Shown here piece by piece: positions 33,385 to 42,600 of a stretch of DNA of 64,000 bases (positions are counted from its first letter, which is position 1; each line of letters opens with the position of its first letter). The notes below the pieces were generated by a model. It had not been told where the DNA came from, ran no database searches, and worked only from the letters and a program-made list of their open reading frames with translations. The stretch is from NCBI GenBank assembly GCA_009841015.1, contig VXMQ01000016.1, positions 1,419 through 65,418 of the forward strand, in the 5' to 3' direction. This DNA is from Candidatus Palauibacter denitrificans. GTDB lineage: Bacteria > Gemmatimonadota > Gemmatimonadetes > Palauibacterales > Palauibacteraceae. The position numbers and the translations under genes are program-made.

Positions 33385-34224
33385 ATGGATCGAGAGGATT
33401 TGTCGCCCAACATCCTTGAACGCTACCTCGAGGAACTGGGCCGTTATCCGCTTCTGAGCCCCAGCGAGGAACGTGAGACGGCGCGCTCGGCTCGCAGTGG
33501 CGACACCTCCGCCCTCGACCGTCTCATCCGCGCGAATCTGCGCTTCGTCATCTCCGTCGCCCGACGTTACCGCAACAAGGGACTGAGCTTCCTCGACCTC
33601 ATTCAGGAGGGGAACGTCGGCCTGGTCATCGCCGCCCGGAAGTTCGATCCGGACCACGGCGTGAAGTTCATCAGCTACGCCGTGTGGTGGATTCGCCAGG
33701 CGATCCTGTCCGCCATCGCGAAGCAGGGCAGGCCGGTGCGGGTGCCTCTCAACCGGGCGACCGAGCTGGCGCGCATGATCCGCGCGCGGGGCGAACTGCG
33801 TCAGACGCTCGACCGTGAGCCCAACGACCAGGAGATCGCCGACGGGACGGGGTTGACGACAGCCACGGTCGCGCTACTGCGGCGACTGAATGCGCGCGAG
33901 GTTCGGCTCGACGCGCGGGTCGGGGCCACCGACGACAGCGATCTCGCGGAGCGGCTCCTCGCGGACGAGACGGATGTCGAGGAGGTCGTCGAACAGCGCC
34001 TGCTGAAGCGGCACATCGCCGAGGGTCTGCGCCGCCTGCGGCCACGCGACGCCCGCGTCGTCCGGCTGTACTACGGGCTCCAGGGTGAGGACCCGCACAC
34101 GCTGGAGCAGATCGGCCGCCTGCTGGGCGTGACGCGCGAACGCGTCCGACAGCTTCGGGACCGGGCGCTCCGGGAGTTGCGGGAGGGCCCCGAAGGACAG
34201 AGCCTCGCGACCTTCGCGACCTAG
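33385..34224 (+). CDS. RNA polymerase sigma factor, sigma-70 family (regions 2-4; no long region 1)
   Basis: Region 2 LIRANLRFVISVARRY...LIQEGNVGLVIAARKFD...FISYAVWWIRQAI. Region 4.2 LEQIGRLLGVTRERVRQL. Confidence 0.88.
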   Translation: MDREDLSPNILERYLEELGRYPLLSPSEERETARSARSGDTSALDRLIRANLRFVISVARRYRNKGLSFLDLIQEGNVGLVIAARKFDPDHGVKFISYAVWWIRQAILSAIAKQGRPVRVPLNRATELARMIRARGELRQTLDREPNDQEIADGTGLTTATVALLRRLNAREVRLDARVGATDDSDLAERLLADETDVEEVVEQRLLKRHIAEGLRRLRPRDARVVRLYYGLQGEDPHTLEQIGRLLGVTRERVRQLRDRALRELREGPEGQSLATFAT

Positions 34225-34261
34225 TGGCGGGTCCCAAAAGTCCCGGCAGGAGTCGGCGGCG

Positions 34262-35230
34262 CTGACTCCGGTCGGCCTGTTTCAGCATCCCGACTGCAGC
34301 CGGCACGACACGGGATGGGGTCACCCGGAGCACCAGGGACGGCTCCGCTCGGTGATGACCGCGCTCGAGCGGGCGCTGCCCGAGCTTCACGAGGATGTCC
34401 TCCCCGTCATGCCGCCGCCGGCGGACATCGCCGCACTCGAACGGGCCCACACGCCGGGACATGTGGAACGCGTGCGTGCGGTCTGCGACCGGTCCGTCGA
34501 GATCGGAGGGATCGTGCGCATCGATCCGGACACGCCGGTCTCGCCGGGAAGCTGGGCCGCCGCGCTCGCCGCGTCCGGGTGCGGAATCGCGGCGGTGGAC
34601 GCGGTCCTCGACGGAACGTGCCGCGCCGGTTTCTGCGCCGTGCGCCCGCCGGGCCACCACGCGACGCCGGATCGGGCGATGGGCTTCTGCCTCTTCAACC
34701 ACATCGCCGTGGCCGCCCGTCACGCCCTGGCCCGGCCGGAAGTCGAACGGGTCCTGATCGTGGACTGGGACGTGCACCACGGAAACGGGACCCAGGATAT
34801 CTTCTACGACGATCCCTCCGTCTTCTTCCTCTCGATGCACCAGCACCCTCTCTTCCCCGGCACCGGGTCCTCCGATGAACGGGGGCGGGGAGCGGGAGAG
34901 GGGACGACGCTGAACCTCCCCATGCCCGCGGGTCTCCCGCCCGAGCGCTACGTGGAGACTCTGCTCGACGGCGTGGATCGGGTACTGTCCCGCTTCGAGC
35001 CCGACCTCACCCTCATCTCCGCCGGGTTCGACGCGGGAGCGGAGGATCCGCTGGGAGGCTTCACCCTCGCCCCGGCGCACTTCGACACGCTCACGCACGA
35101 GGTCCTCGGCCGGACGCGGGGCACCGCCCGAAACCGCGTGGTCTCCTTCCTCGAGGGCGGTTACAATCCCGACGAACTGGGACGCAACGTCGTCTCGCAC
35201 CTGACGGCCCTTCGCGACGCCACGGGCTGA
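34262..35230 (+). CDS. Histone deacetylase-family (AcuC/HDAH-like) amidohydrolase, probable CTG start
   Basis: Motifs RPPGHHA, DWDVHHGNGTQ and EGGY. The conserved N-terminus GLFQHPDCSRHDTGWGHPE lies upstream of the first canonical start (34352). CTG 34262 lies 9 nt after AGGAG. Confidence 0.8.
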   Translation: MTPVGLFQHPDCSRHDTGWGHPEHQGRLRSVMTALERALPELHEDVLPVMPPPADIAALERAHTPGHVERVRAVCDRSVEIGGIVRIDPDTPVSPGSWAAALAASGCGIAAVDAVLDGTCRAGFCAVRPPGHHATPDRAMGFCLFNHIAVAARHALARPEVERVLIVDWDVHHGNGTQDIFYDDPSVFFLSMHQHPLFPGTGSSDERGRGAGEGTTLNLPMPAGLPPERYVETLLDGVDRVLSRFEPDLTLISAGFDAGAEDPLGGFTLAPAHFDTLTHEVLGRTRGTARNRVVSFLEGGYNPDELGRNVVSHLTALRDATG

Positions 35231-35283
35231 CCGCCACAGGCTGACGCCCCGGGAGCGCGCCCCCGCAGAACAGGAGTCCGGCC

Positions 35284-36519
35284 TTGCCCGACCTCGATGC
35301 CATCTTCCTGGAGACCGCTTCCAGCGAGCTCCAACGACAACAAATCGACGCTTGGCTCCTGTACGACTTCCGGGCGCTCAATCCGCTGGCGGCGCACCTC
35401 GTAGGCCTGCCCGAAGGCCAGAAGCGCCGGTACTTCGTCCTCATCGAGCCGGGGCGGACGCCGCACGCGCTCGTCCAGAAGATCGAGGTGTCCGGATGGG
35501 ACGGCTGGTCGCACCGGCTCACGAGCTACGTCGGCTGGGACGAGATGGAGACGGCGCTGCGCGAGATGCTGCGAGGCATGGGTACGGTCGCGATGGAGGT
35601 GAGCCCGCGCGATTCGATCCCGTACGTCGACCACGTGCCCGCCGGCGTCGTCGAACTTGTCGAATCGCTCGGACCCCGGGTCGTCAGTTCGGTGGACCTG
35701 ATCTCCGGGACGGCGGCCCAGTGGGGCGCGCACGGGCACGCGCTGCACCACGCGGCGGCCGAGATCCTGGCGCGGACCGCCCGGACGGCGTTCGAACTGG
35801 CGGTGCGCGCGGCGGGGCTGACGCCCGAGGCGGACCCCGGGACGGCCGCCGCCTTCGACACCTCCGGCGAGCCGACCCCGGTCACGGAGCACGATCTGGC
35901 CGAATGGATCCGGGCGCGGCTGCGCGCCGAGGGCCTGACGGAGACGGATACGATCGTCGCGGTGGGCCCCAACGCCGCCAAGCCGCACTACGAACCTCCG
36001 GCCGAGGGCTCGTCGGCCCTCGCGGCGGACCAGGTGTTCATGGTGGATCTGTGGGGGCGCGTGGCGGGGGAGCCCGAGGCGGTGTTCGCCGACCAGACGT
36101 GGATGGGCTTCCTCGGCCCGGAGCCGCCCGCCGATGTGGTTGCCGGGTGGGACGCGGTCGTCGCGGCCCGCGACGCGGCGGTCGAAGTCATCCGGAAGGA
36201 CCCGGGCGCCACGGGCGCGGACGCGGACCGGGCGGCCCGGGAGGCGCTGATCGCGCGCGGCTATGAGGACGCGATCTTCCATCGCACGGGGCACGGGATC
36301 GACCGCGAAATCCACGGCGTCGGTCCCACTCTGGACAGCATCGAGATGCGGGACGACCGGCGGCTCGTGGCGGGCGTCGGCTTTTCCGTCGAGCCCGGCG
36401 TCTACCTGGAGGGACGCTTCGGCCACCGGACGGAAATCGATGTCTACATGCGCGAGGATGGGCCCGAAGTCACTCCGTCCCGCATTCAGTACCATCTCTG
36501 GCGGACGACAGGCGCATGA
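35284..36519 (+). CDS. M24-family metallopeptidase (Xaa-Pro aminopeptidase/dipeptidase-like)
   Basis: FMVDLWG, HRTGHGIDREIHG and GFSVEPGVY...R.E metal-ligand pattern. TTG start after CAGGAG. Confidence 0.8.
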   Translation: MPDLDAIFLETASSELQRQQIDAWLLYDFRALNPLAAHLVGLPEGQKRRYFVLIEPGRTPHALVQKIEVSGWDGWSHRLTSYVGWDEMETALREMLRGMGTVAMEVSPRDSIPYVDHVPAGVVELVESLGPRVVSSVDLISGTAAQWGAHGHALHHAAAEILARTARTAFELAVRAAGLTPEADPGTAAAFDTSGEPTPVTEHDLAEWIRARLRAEGLTETDTIVAVGPNAAKPHYEPPAEGSSALAADQVFMVDLWGRVAGEPEAVFADQTWMGFLGPEPPADVVAGWDAVVAARDAAVEVIRKDPGATGADADRAAREALIARGYEDAIFHRTGHGIDREIHGVGPTLDSIEMRDDRRLVAGVGFSVEPGVYLEGRFGHRTEIDVYMREDGPEVTPSRIQYHLWRTTGA

Positions 36520-37553
36520 GAATCTCGTGGGAGCCGTTCCACGTCGAGACGGCGCACCCGTTCGGCATCAGCCGCGGCGTGAAGACGGGCGACGACCTGG
36601 TGTGGGTGCGACTGGAGCACGAGGGGATCGAGGGGTGGGGCGAGGCGGATCCGTCCGGGTACTACGGGGAGACGGCGGAGACGGTGGAAGCCGCGCTGAG
36701 AAGGCTGGCTCCCCGCATCGAGGAGGTGGAAGACCCGTTCCGGCTCGAGCACATCGAGCGGGACCTCGCGAGCCTCCTCGGCCGCAACGGGTCGGCCCGC
36801 TGCGCCATCTCGTCGGCGCTTCACGACTGGGTCGGAAAGCGCGCCGGGCTTCCGCTCTGGAAGCTCTGGGGCCTGGATCCGGCCGACGCGCCGCTCAGTT
36901 CGTTCACGATCGGCATCGACGCTCCGGATGTCATGGCCCGGAAGACGCGCGAGGCCGAGGCGTGGCCCATCCTCAAGATCAAGCTCGGGAGCGACGACGA
37001 CGAAGCGCGGCTGAGCGCCGTCCGCGGTGCCGCGCCCGACAAGATCCTGCGCGTGGATGCCAACGCGGCCTGGACGCCGGCGGAAGCCATCGAGGGGATC
37101 GCGATGTGCGCCGAGTACGGGGTGGAGTTCGTGGAGCAGCCGCTCCCGCCGACGGAGAACGACGAACTCGCCTTCGTCCGCTCGCGCGCGGTTCTCCCCA
37201 TCGTCGTGGATGAGTCGAGCATCGTGGCAAGCGACATCCCGCGACTCGACGGCCTCGTCGACGGCATCAACATCAAGCTCGCCAAGTGCGGAGGTCCGAG
37301 GGAGGCGCTCCGCATGATCCACACCGCGCGCGCCTGCGGCCTTTCGGTGATGCTCGGGTGCATGCTGGAGACGAGCCTCGGGATCGCGCCCGCGGCGCAC
37401 CTGGCCTCGCTCGTCGACTACGCGGATCTGGACGGCGCCGCGCTCCTGCGTTCGGATCCGTTCACCGGCCCGCATCTGGAGGAGGGTCGCATCGTCCTGA
37501 CCGAAGGTCCGGGGCTCGGTGTTGAGCGCGCGGCCACGGGGGCGCCCGTCTGA
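36516..37553 (+). CDS. Dipeptide epimerase (L-Ala-D/L-Glu epimerase-like), enolase superfamily
   Basis: KIKLG, LRVDANAAW, VEQPLP, VVDES and NIKLAKCGG motifs. ATGA overlap with the M24 gene. Confidence 0.8.
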   Translation: MRISWEPFHVETAHPFGISRGVKTGDDLVWVRLEHEGIEGWGEADPSGYYGETAETVEAALRRLAPRIEEVEDPFRLEHIERDLASLLGRNGSARCAISSALHDWVGKRAGLPLWKLWGLDPADAPLSSFTIGIDAPDVMARKTREAEAWPILKIKLGSDDDEARLSAVRGAAPDKILRVDANAAWTPAEAIEGIAMCAEYGVEFVEQPLPPTENDELAFVRSRAVLPIVVDESSIVASDIPRLDGLVDGINIKLAKCGGPREALRMIHTARACGLSVMLGCMLETSLGIAPAAHLASLVDYADLDGAALLRSDPFTGPHLEEGRIVLTEGPGLGVERAATGAPV

Positions 37554-38227
37554 ACCACGGGAAACTCGCGGTCAAGATCTGCTGCATCGAGAGCCCCGAG
37601 GAGGCCGCGCTCGCCGCCCGCTACGGGGCGACGGCGATCGGGCTCGTGTCGGCGATGCCGAGCGGGCCGGGGGTCATCGACGAGGCCTCGATCCGCCGCA
37701 TCGTGGCCGGGGCCCCGCGCGGCGTCGCAACCTTCCTGCTCACGTCGCGGACGGACCCCGGAGAGATCGCCGCTCAGCAGCGCCGAACCCGGGCCGACAC
37801 GCTCCAGCTCGTGGACCGGGTGGCGCCCGACGCGCTCCGCAGCCTGCGCCGCCGGCTGCCGGACGTCTCGCTCGTTCAGGTCGTCCACGTCCGGGGAGAG
37901 CACTCGGTGGAGGAGGCGGTCGCGGTGGCGCCGCTGGTCGACGCGGTCCTGCTCGACTCAGGCAACCCGGACCTCCGCGTGCGGCAACTCGGGGGCACGG
38001 GCCGCGTCCACGACTGGAGCCACAGCCGCGCCATCGTCGAGCGGGCCGGCTGCCCGGTCTACCTCGCGGGCGGCCTCCGTCCGACCAACGTGGCGGCGGC
38101 ACTGCGCGCGGTTCGTCCGTTCGGCGTGGACGTCTGCTCGGGAGTGAGAACGGAGGGACGGCTCGACGAGAAGCTGCTGCGACGCTTCATGCGCGCGGCG
38201 CCAGGCAGCGGGAAGGAGTGCCGCTAG
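37550..38227 (+). CDS. trpF: Phosphoribosylanthranilate isomerase, probable CTG start
   Basis: VKICCIESPEEA (the KICG motif), LAGGL and VDVCSGVR. The KIC motif lies upstream of the first canonical start (37646). CTG 37550 forms a CTGA overlap with the epimerase stop. Confidence 0.8.
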   Translation: MNHGKLAVKICCIESPEEAALAARYGATAIGLVSAMPSGPGVIDEASIRRIVAGAPRGVATFLLTSRTDPGEIAAQQRRTRADTLQLVDRVAPDALRSLRRRLPDVSLVQVVHVRGEHSVEEAVAVAPLVDAVLLDSGNPDLRVRQLGGTGRVHDWSHSRAIVERAGCPVYLAGGLRPTNVAAALRAVRPFGVDVCSGVRTEGRLDEKLLRRFMRAAPGSGKECR

Positions 38228-39537
38228 TCCGTGACGAGGGCGCCGCGCCGGCACTCGAGCGCGAGTTCCTCCGTCTCCGACGCCCCGCACGCCTCGCGCC
38301 GCGCGGCTTCGTCCGCGTAGAGAGAGTACAGCGCCTCTCCCATCGCTTCGTGACACCGCGGTTTGGCCGAGTCCTCGAGGGCGCGGCAGAACGAGAACCC
38401 GGCGTCCGTCGTCGCGGTGACGTCCACGAAGTTCCTCACGACGCCCACGTAGCACCACACGCGGTAATCCTCCGGCGACTTCCGGCACTCGCGGCGCGCA
38501 TCATCCTCGTCCTGCAGCGTACGGCCGCTGATGTCGCGGCCGAGGCTCATAAAGCAGTCGTCCCGCCAACCGTCGGGCGCGTCGAGACAGGTGGAGGCCG
38601 CGTCCGCGATGTCCCCGTCGTTGTGCCAGAGCATGGCGGATGTCTGCATCTGGTAGCAGGAGGTCAGGTATTTCTCGTCCAGAATCGAGCAGGGATAGTG
38701 CGGGTCGTCGGAGCGTAGCGGTTCGAAGGCTTCGATCCCCTCGGCCATCGCCATCACCCCGTGGTCGTGCGCGCCCGCGCCATGGGCCGAGGCCTCGGCC
38801 CCTTCGCCCGCCCCGTTCTCCGAGGCGGTATCGGCGGACACAAGTGCGGCGGCCGGATGGTGAGGAGCGACCGCGTTGACCACGTTCTCCATGAAAGCGC
38901 CGCCGTAGCACGAGTTCCGGTTCCATCCGGTCGTCAGCAGATCGCAGCCGTCGAGGGCCATGAGAAGGTGGTGGCCGTAGTACATCGTCAGACCGTGCCC
39001 GAGCCCGTGCAGGCACTGGAAGAGCAGCCAGCGGTCGGAGGGGTCCGCTTCGTAGGGCGCGCAGAGCCCGGCGACCTTTTCGGCGTCCGGTTCGCCCGTG
39101 GCGATGAAATAGGCCTGAACGACGCCGTGGTAGCACCCGGACTGGAAGACCTCGGTGCACTCCTCGAAGACGTCGGTGAAGGTCTCACCGGGCGCGTAGG
39201 CGCTGATGCCGATCGCGTGCGTGAGGACGTGGGACTGCGACTGAACATCCCTGTCCGCGGCGGCCAGCCACCCGAGCATGTCCAGCGCCGCAACGGTGCC
39301 GGATTCGGCGAGTTCGTCGAGGAGTCGTGCTTCATAGCATGCCTGCTTGTCCTCCCACGCCAACCCGCGGCACGCCTCGAAGGCGGCCACCGTTTCGGCC
39401 GGAGCGACGGGTGGCAGCGACGGCTCCCCGCAGGCCGCCGCCGCGAGCCCGATCGCCAGGACAAGCCCGAGGCCGCGAGCGCGACGGCGCCGGTGGGCTG
39501 GCACGGACACGACGGTCCGCGATCCTGATTCGCTCAT
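38224..39537 (-). CDS. Cys-pair-repeat lipoprotein with His/Met-rich insert (unknown family)
   Basis: ATG 39537 lies after GAGGGAGAGGGA. Lipobox LAAAACG. About eight repeats of C-x(8-18)-C-[YFH]-x-[GAM]. Insert SAHGAGAHDHGVMAMAEG. Confidence 0.6.
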   Translation of the reverse strand: MSESGSRTVVSVPAHRRRRARGLGLVLAIGLAAAACGEPSLPPVAPAETVAAFEACRGLAWEDKQACYEARLLDELAESGTVAALDMLGWLAAADRDVQSQSHVLTHAIGISAYAPGETFTDVFEECTEVFQSGCYHGVVQAYFIATGEPDAEKVAGLCAPYEADPSDRWLLFQCLHGLGHGLTMYYGHHLLMALDGCDLLTTGWNRNSCYGGAFMENVVNAVAPHHPAAALVSADTASENGAGEGAEASAHGAGAHDHGVMAMAEGIEAFEPLRSDDPHYPCSILDEKYLTSCYQMQTSAMLWHNDGDIADAASTCLDAPDGWRDDCFMSLGRDISGRTLQDEDDARRECRKSPEDYRVWCYVGVVRNFVDVTATTDAGFSFCRALEDSAKPRCHEAMGEALYSLYADEAARREACGASETEELALECRRGALVTD

Positions 39538-39638
39538 TCCCTCTCCCTCGCTTGAAACGGGTGTACGAGCACAACCTGACGGAGCGTGATCCTCCCAACA
39601 ACCGGCGCGGGCTCTTGCCAGGGCCTGCCACGGGCCCC

Positions 39639-42005
39639 TCAAAGGAGCGCCTCGGGATCGCGGTCGATCTCGAGCCGGAGACCCGAACCGGGCTGGCCCC
39701 GCTGCTCTCCAAGAAAGCGCAGAACGCCGCCGAGCGTGGCGGCGCGATCCGCCTTGATGAGGAAGTGCCACCTCCACCGCTCCCGGAGTCGGTCGATCGG
39801 ACAGGGAGCCGGTCCGATGACCTCGATCCCCGCGAGCCCGCGACCCCGAATCAGCCGCCGCGTCCACTCGGACAGTTCCTCCGCGACGTCGATCACCCGG
39901 GACTCCGTCTTCCCGGAGATGACGAGGTTCGCGAGCCGGCGGTGCGGCGGATAGCCGGGTTCCTCCCGGTCGCCGAGTTCGCGTTCCGCGAAGCCTGTGT
40001 AGTCGTGCTCCGCGGCCGCGGCGAGCGCGTAGTGGCGCGGGCGGGAGGTCTGGACGAGCACCTCCCCCGGTTCGTCGCCCCGCCCGGCCCGTCCGGCGAC
40101 CTGTTCAAGGAGTTGGAAGGTGCGTTCGCTGGCGCGGAAGTCCGGGAGATGGAGACCGACATCGGCGTTGATCACGCCCACGAGCGTGACCTGCGGGAAG
40201 TCGAGGCCCTTGGCGATCATCTGCGTGCCGAGCAGGATGTCGACCTCCCGCCTCCGGAACGCGTCCAGAATCTCGACGTGCGCCCACTTGGAGCCCGTGG
40301 TGTCGAGATCCATGCGGGCGATGCCGGCCTCGGGAAAGAGCTCGCCCACCCGGCGTTCGACCTGTTCGGTGCCGATCCCGGCGTAGCGCGGCGCGGGTCC
40401 GCCGCACTCGCCGCAACCGGACGGGGGCGGGCTCGTCGCGCCGCAGTGATGACATACGAGTTGTCCGCGCCGGCGATGATACGTGAGGGTCACGGAGCAG
40501 GCATCGCAGCTCCACACGTGGCCGCAGGCCGCGCACTCGGCGAAGGAGGCGTATCCGCGGCGGTTGAGAAAGAGAATCGTCTGCTCGCCCCGTTCCAGGC
40601 GCGCGGCGATCGCCTCCCGCAGCCGCCTGGAGAAGACCCGGGGTCCGCCGCCCGGCGGCGGGTCCTCCGCGTCCTGTCCCGGGCCCTCGCCGGCGTCGGC
40701 GCGCAGGTCGACGAGTTCCACCGAAGGGAGGCCGTGACCCGTCACCCGTTCCTCGAGTTCGAGAAGGCGGTAGCGCCCGCTCCGCGCATTCTTCCAGCTC
40801 TCCAGGGCGGGCGTCGCCGACCCGAGCACGCACAGCGCCCCTTCCAGCCGCGCGCGCACGATCGCGACGGAACGGGCGTGGTAGCGCGGCACGTCGGACT
40901 GCTTGTAGCTGCTCTCGTGTTCCTCGTCGACGATGATCGCGCCCAGATTCCGGACCGGCGCAAACACCGCCGAGCGTGGGCCGATCGCGATCCGTTTCCT
41001 TCCCTCGCGCAGGCTGCGCCAGGCGTCGAAGCGTTCACCGTCCGAGAGTCCCGAGTGCAGCACGGTGACCTCGTCGCCGAAGCGGGCCCTGAACCGCTGC
41101 ACCGTCTGGGGCGTGAGCGCGATCTCCGGCACGAGGAAGATGCCGGAGCGGCCCCGAGCGAGTTGGCGCTCCAGCACCTCGAGGTAGACGGCCGTCTTGC
41201 CCGATCCCGTCACGCCGCGCAGGAGCGCGACGCGCCCCGGCGCATCAAGCCGTTCGAGTTCGCGCACGACCCGAACCTGGTCCCGGGTCAGCGTGAACCC
41301 GGGCTCCGGCTCCACCGGGCCTGCGAACGGATCCCGCTCCACCTCGCGCTCCACGAACTCGGCCAGGCGCCGCTCCACGAGCCCGCCGAGCACGCCGCGG
41401 CCGAAGCCGAGTTGCTTCGTCAGGTGTCCGACGCTCGCCTCGCCGCCGACCGACTCGAGCATCTCGTACAGCTCGCGCTGCCGCTTCGCCCGCCCGAAGG
41501 CGCGATCGCGTTCGCTCAGCGTCCGCAGCTCGCGCACAAGCCGGAGCGCGCGCTCGGTGCGGGGCCGTGCGGGGCTCCCTCCGCCGGCCCGGGCCCCGAG
41601 CGCCCCCGGTGGGAGGGCCGCTCTCAGCACCACGCCGAGGGGCGCCACGTAGTAGTCCGAGATCCAGCGGCAGAGATCGAGGAGAGACGGGTCGATCACC
41701 GGTACTTCGTCCAGGACGCCCCGCAGCTCCCGCAATCGGGGTTTCCCTGCCCGGTCCGTCCGCAGCCCGAGGCGGTCCACGACGCCGACCGCCGTCCCGC
41801 CGCCGAGCGGCACGCGAACGCGCACGCCGGGCTCCACGGCGCCGACGAGCGAGGCGGGGATCGAGTACGCGAGCGTACCGAGGAACGTCCGCGCGACCGC
41901 CACCTCGCACACGCCCGCGGAGCCTACCTCCCGCACCGCCTCCCCTGGGGGGCCTTCGCTTGACACGTCGCAGCCGGATTGCTTGTTTTCCGCCACCGAA
42001 TCCAA
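39639..42005 (-). CDS. priA: Primosomal protein N' (replication restart helicase PriA)
   Basis: Walker A GVTGSGKT, DEEH box, Cys-rich insertion CAACGHVWSCDACSVTL..CHHCG. The start is uncertain: 42005 would leave only 12 nt to the divergent HNH gene. Confidence 0.9.
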   Translation of the reverse strand: MDSVAENKQSGCDVSSEGPPGEAVREVGSAGVCEVAVARTFLGTLAYSIPASLVGAVEPGVRVRVPLGGGTAVGVVDRLGLRTDRAGKPRLRELRGVLDEVPVIDPSLLDLCRWISDYYVAPLGVVLRAALPPGALGARAGGGSPARPRTERALRLVRELRTLSERDRAFGRAKRQRELYEMLESVGGEASVGHLTKQLGFGRGVLGGLVERRLAEFVEREVERDPFAGPVEPEPGFTLTRDQVRVVRELERLDAPGRVALLRGVTGSGKTAVYLEVLERQLARGRSGIFLVPEIALTPQTVQRFRARFGDEVTVLHSGLSDGERFDAWRSLREGRKRIAIGPRSAVFAPVRNLGAIIVDEEHESSYKQSDVPRYHARSVAIVRARLEGALCVLGSATPALESWKNARSGRYRLLELEERVTGHGLPSVELVDLRADAGEGPGQDAEDPPPGGGPRVFSRRLREAIAARLERGEQTILFLNRRGYASFAECAACGHVWSCDACSVTLTYHRRRGQLVCHHCGATSPPPSGCGECGGPAPRYAGIGTEQVERRVGELFPEAGIARMDLDTTGSKWAHVEILDAFRRREVDILLGTQMIAKGLDFPQVTLVGVINADVGLHLPDFRASERTFQLLEQVAGRAGRGDEPGEVLVQTSRPRHYALAAAAEHDYTGFAERELGDREEPGYPPHRRLANLVISGKTESRVIDVAEELSEWTRRLIRGRGLAGIEVIGPAPCPIDRLRERWRWHFLIKADRAATLGGVLRFLGEQRGQPGSGLRLEIDRDPEALL

Positions 42006-42017
42006 GGGGGGTCGCTC

Positions 42018-42566
42018 ATGGGCTGTCTGGCCCTGAACGCTTCATACGAGCCGTTGACGATCATTCCGGTCCGGCGCGCCGTTCGCCTGCTCATCGACCG
42101 GAAGGCCGACGCGCTGGAGGTGGATTCGGACCGTCCCATCCGCTCCGAGCGCGTGCAGATGGATACGCCCGTCGTCATCCGCCTCGTTCGGTTCATCCAG
42201 ATCCCCCGCCGTTTCCGCCGCCAGGTCACGAACACCTTCCTGTTCGCGCGCGACGCCTATCGCTGTCAGTACTGCGGCCGTCACCGGCGGGAGCTGGGGT
42301 ATCGCGAGTCGCTGACCCGCGATCACGTGACTCCGATCTCGCGTGGCGGAGACAACGGGTGGTCGAACGTGGTCACGGCCTGCAGCAAGTGCAACCTGAA
42401 GAAGGCGGACCGTCTGCTGGCCGAGTGCGGGTTCTCGCTCCCGGTGGAACCCCGCGAACCCAACCACGTCGAGCTGATCTGGGCCGTCCGCAGCGTCACG
42501 CCGGTGCAGGCCAGGTACATCGGCATGTTCTACGGCGAGGACGTGCTGCAGGCGCTGACCCCCTGA
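42018..42566 (+). CDS. HNH endonuclease
   Basis: YRCQYCG...LTRDHVTPISRGGDNGWSNVVTACSKCNLKK. ATG at 42018 after a G-rich RBS. Confidence 0.8.
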   Translation: MGCLALNASYEPLTIIPVRRAVRLLIDRKADALEVDSDRPIRSERVQMDTPVVIRLVRFIQIPRRFRRQVTNTFLFARDAYRCQYCGRHRRELGYRESLTRDHVTPISRGGDNGWSNVVTACSKCNLKKADRLLAECGFSLPVEPREPNHVELIWAVRSVTPVQARYIGMFYGEDVLQALTP

Positions 42567-42600
42567 GTTCGGCGCGGGCCGGTCGGCTGATCGCAACGTT

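Noticed and set aside
39327-41963. Plus-strand 878-aa ORF opposite priA. The same situation applies to 56805..59246 (minus, opposite the Mo subunit), 46004..47602 (minus, opposite the serine hydrolase), 48127..49746 (minus, opposite the D-aminoacylase) and 27195..28573 (both strands, opposite the 709-aa gene).
   Set aside because: In every case the opposite strand encodes a protein with recognisable motifs or a signal peptide, and the antisense translation is low complexity.
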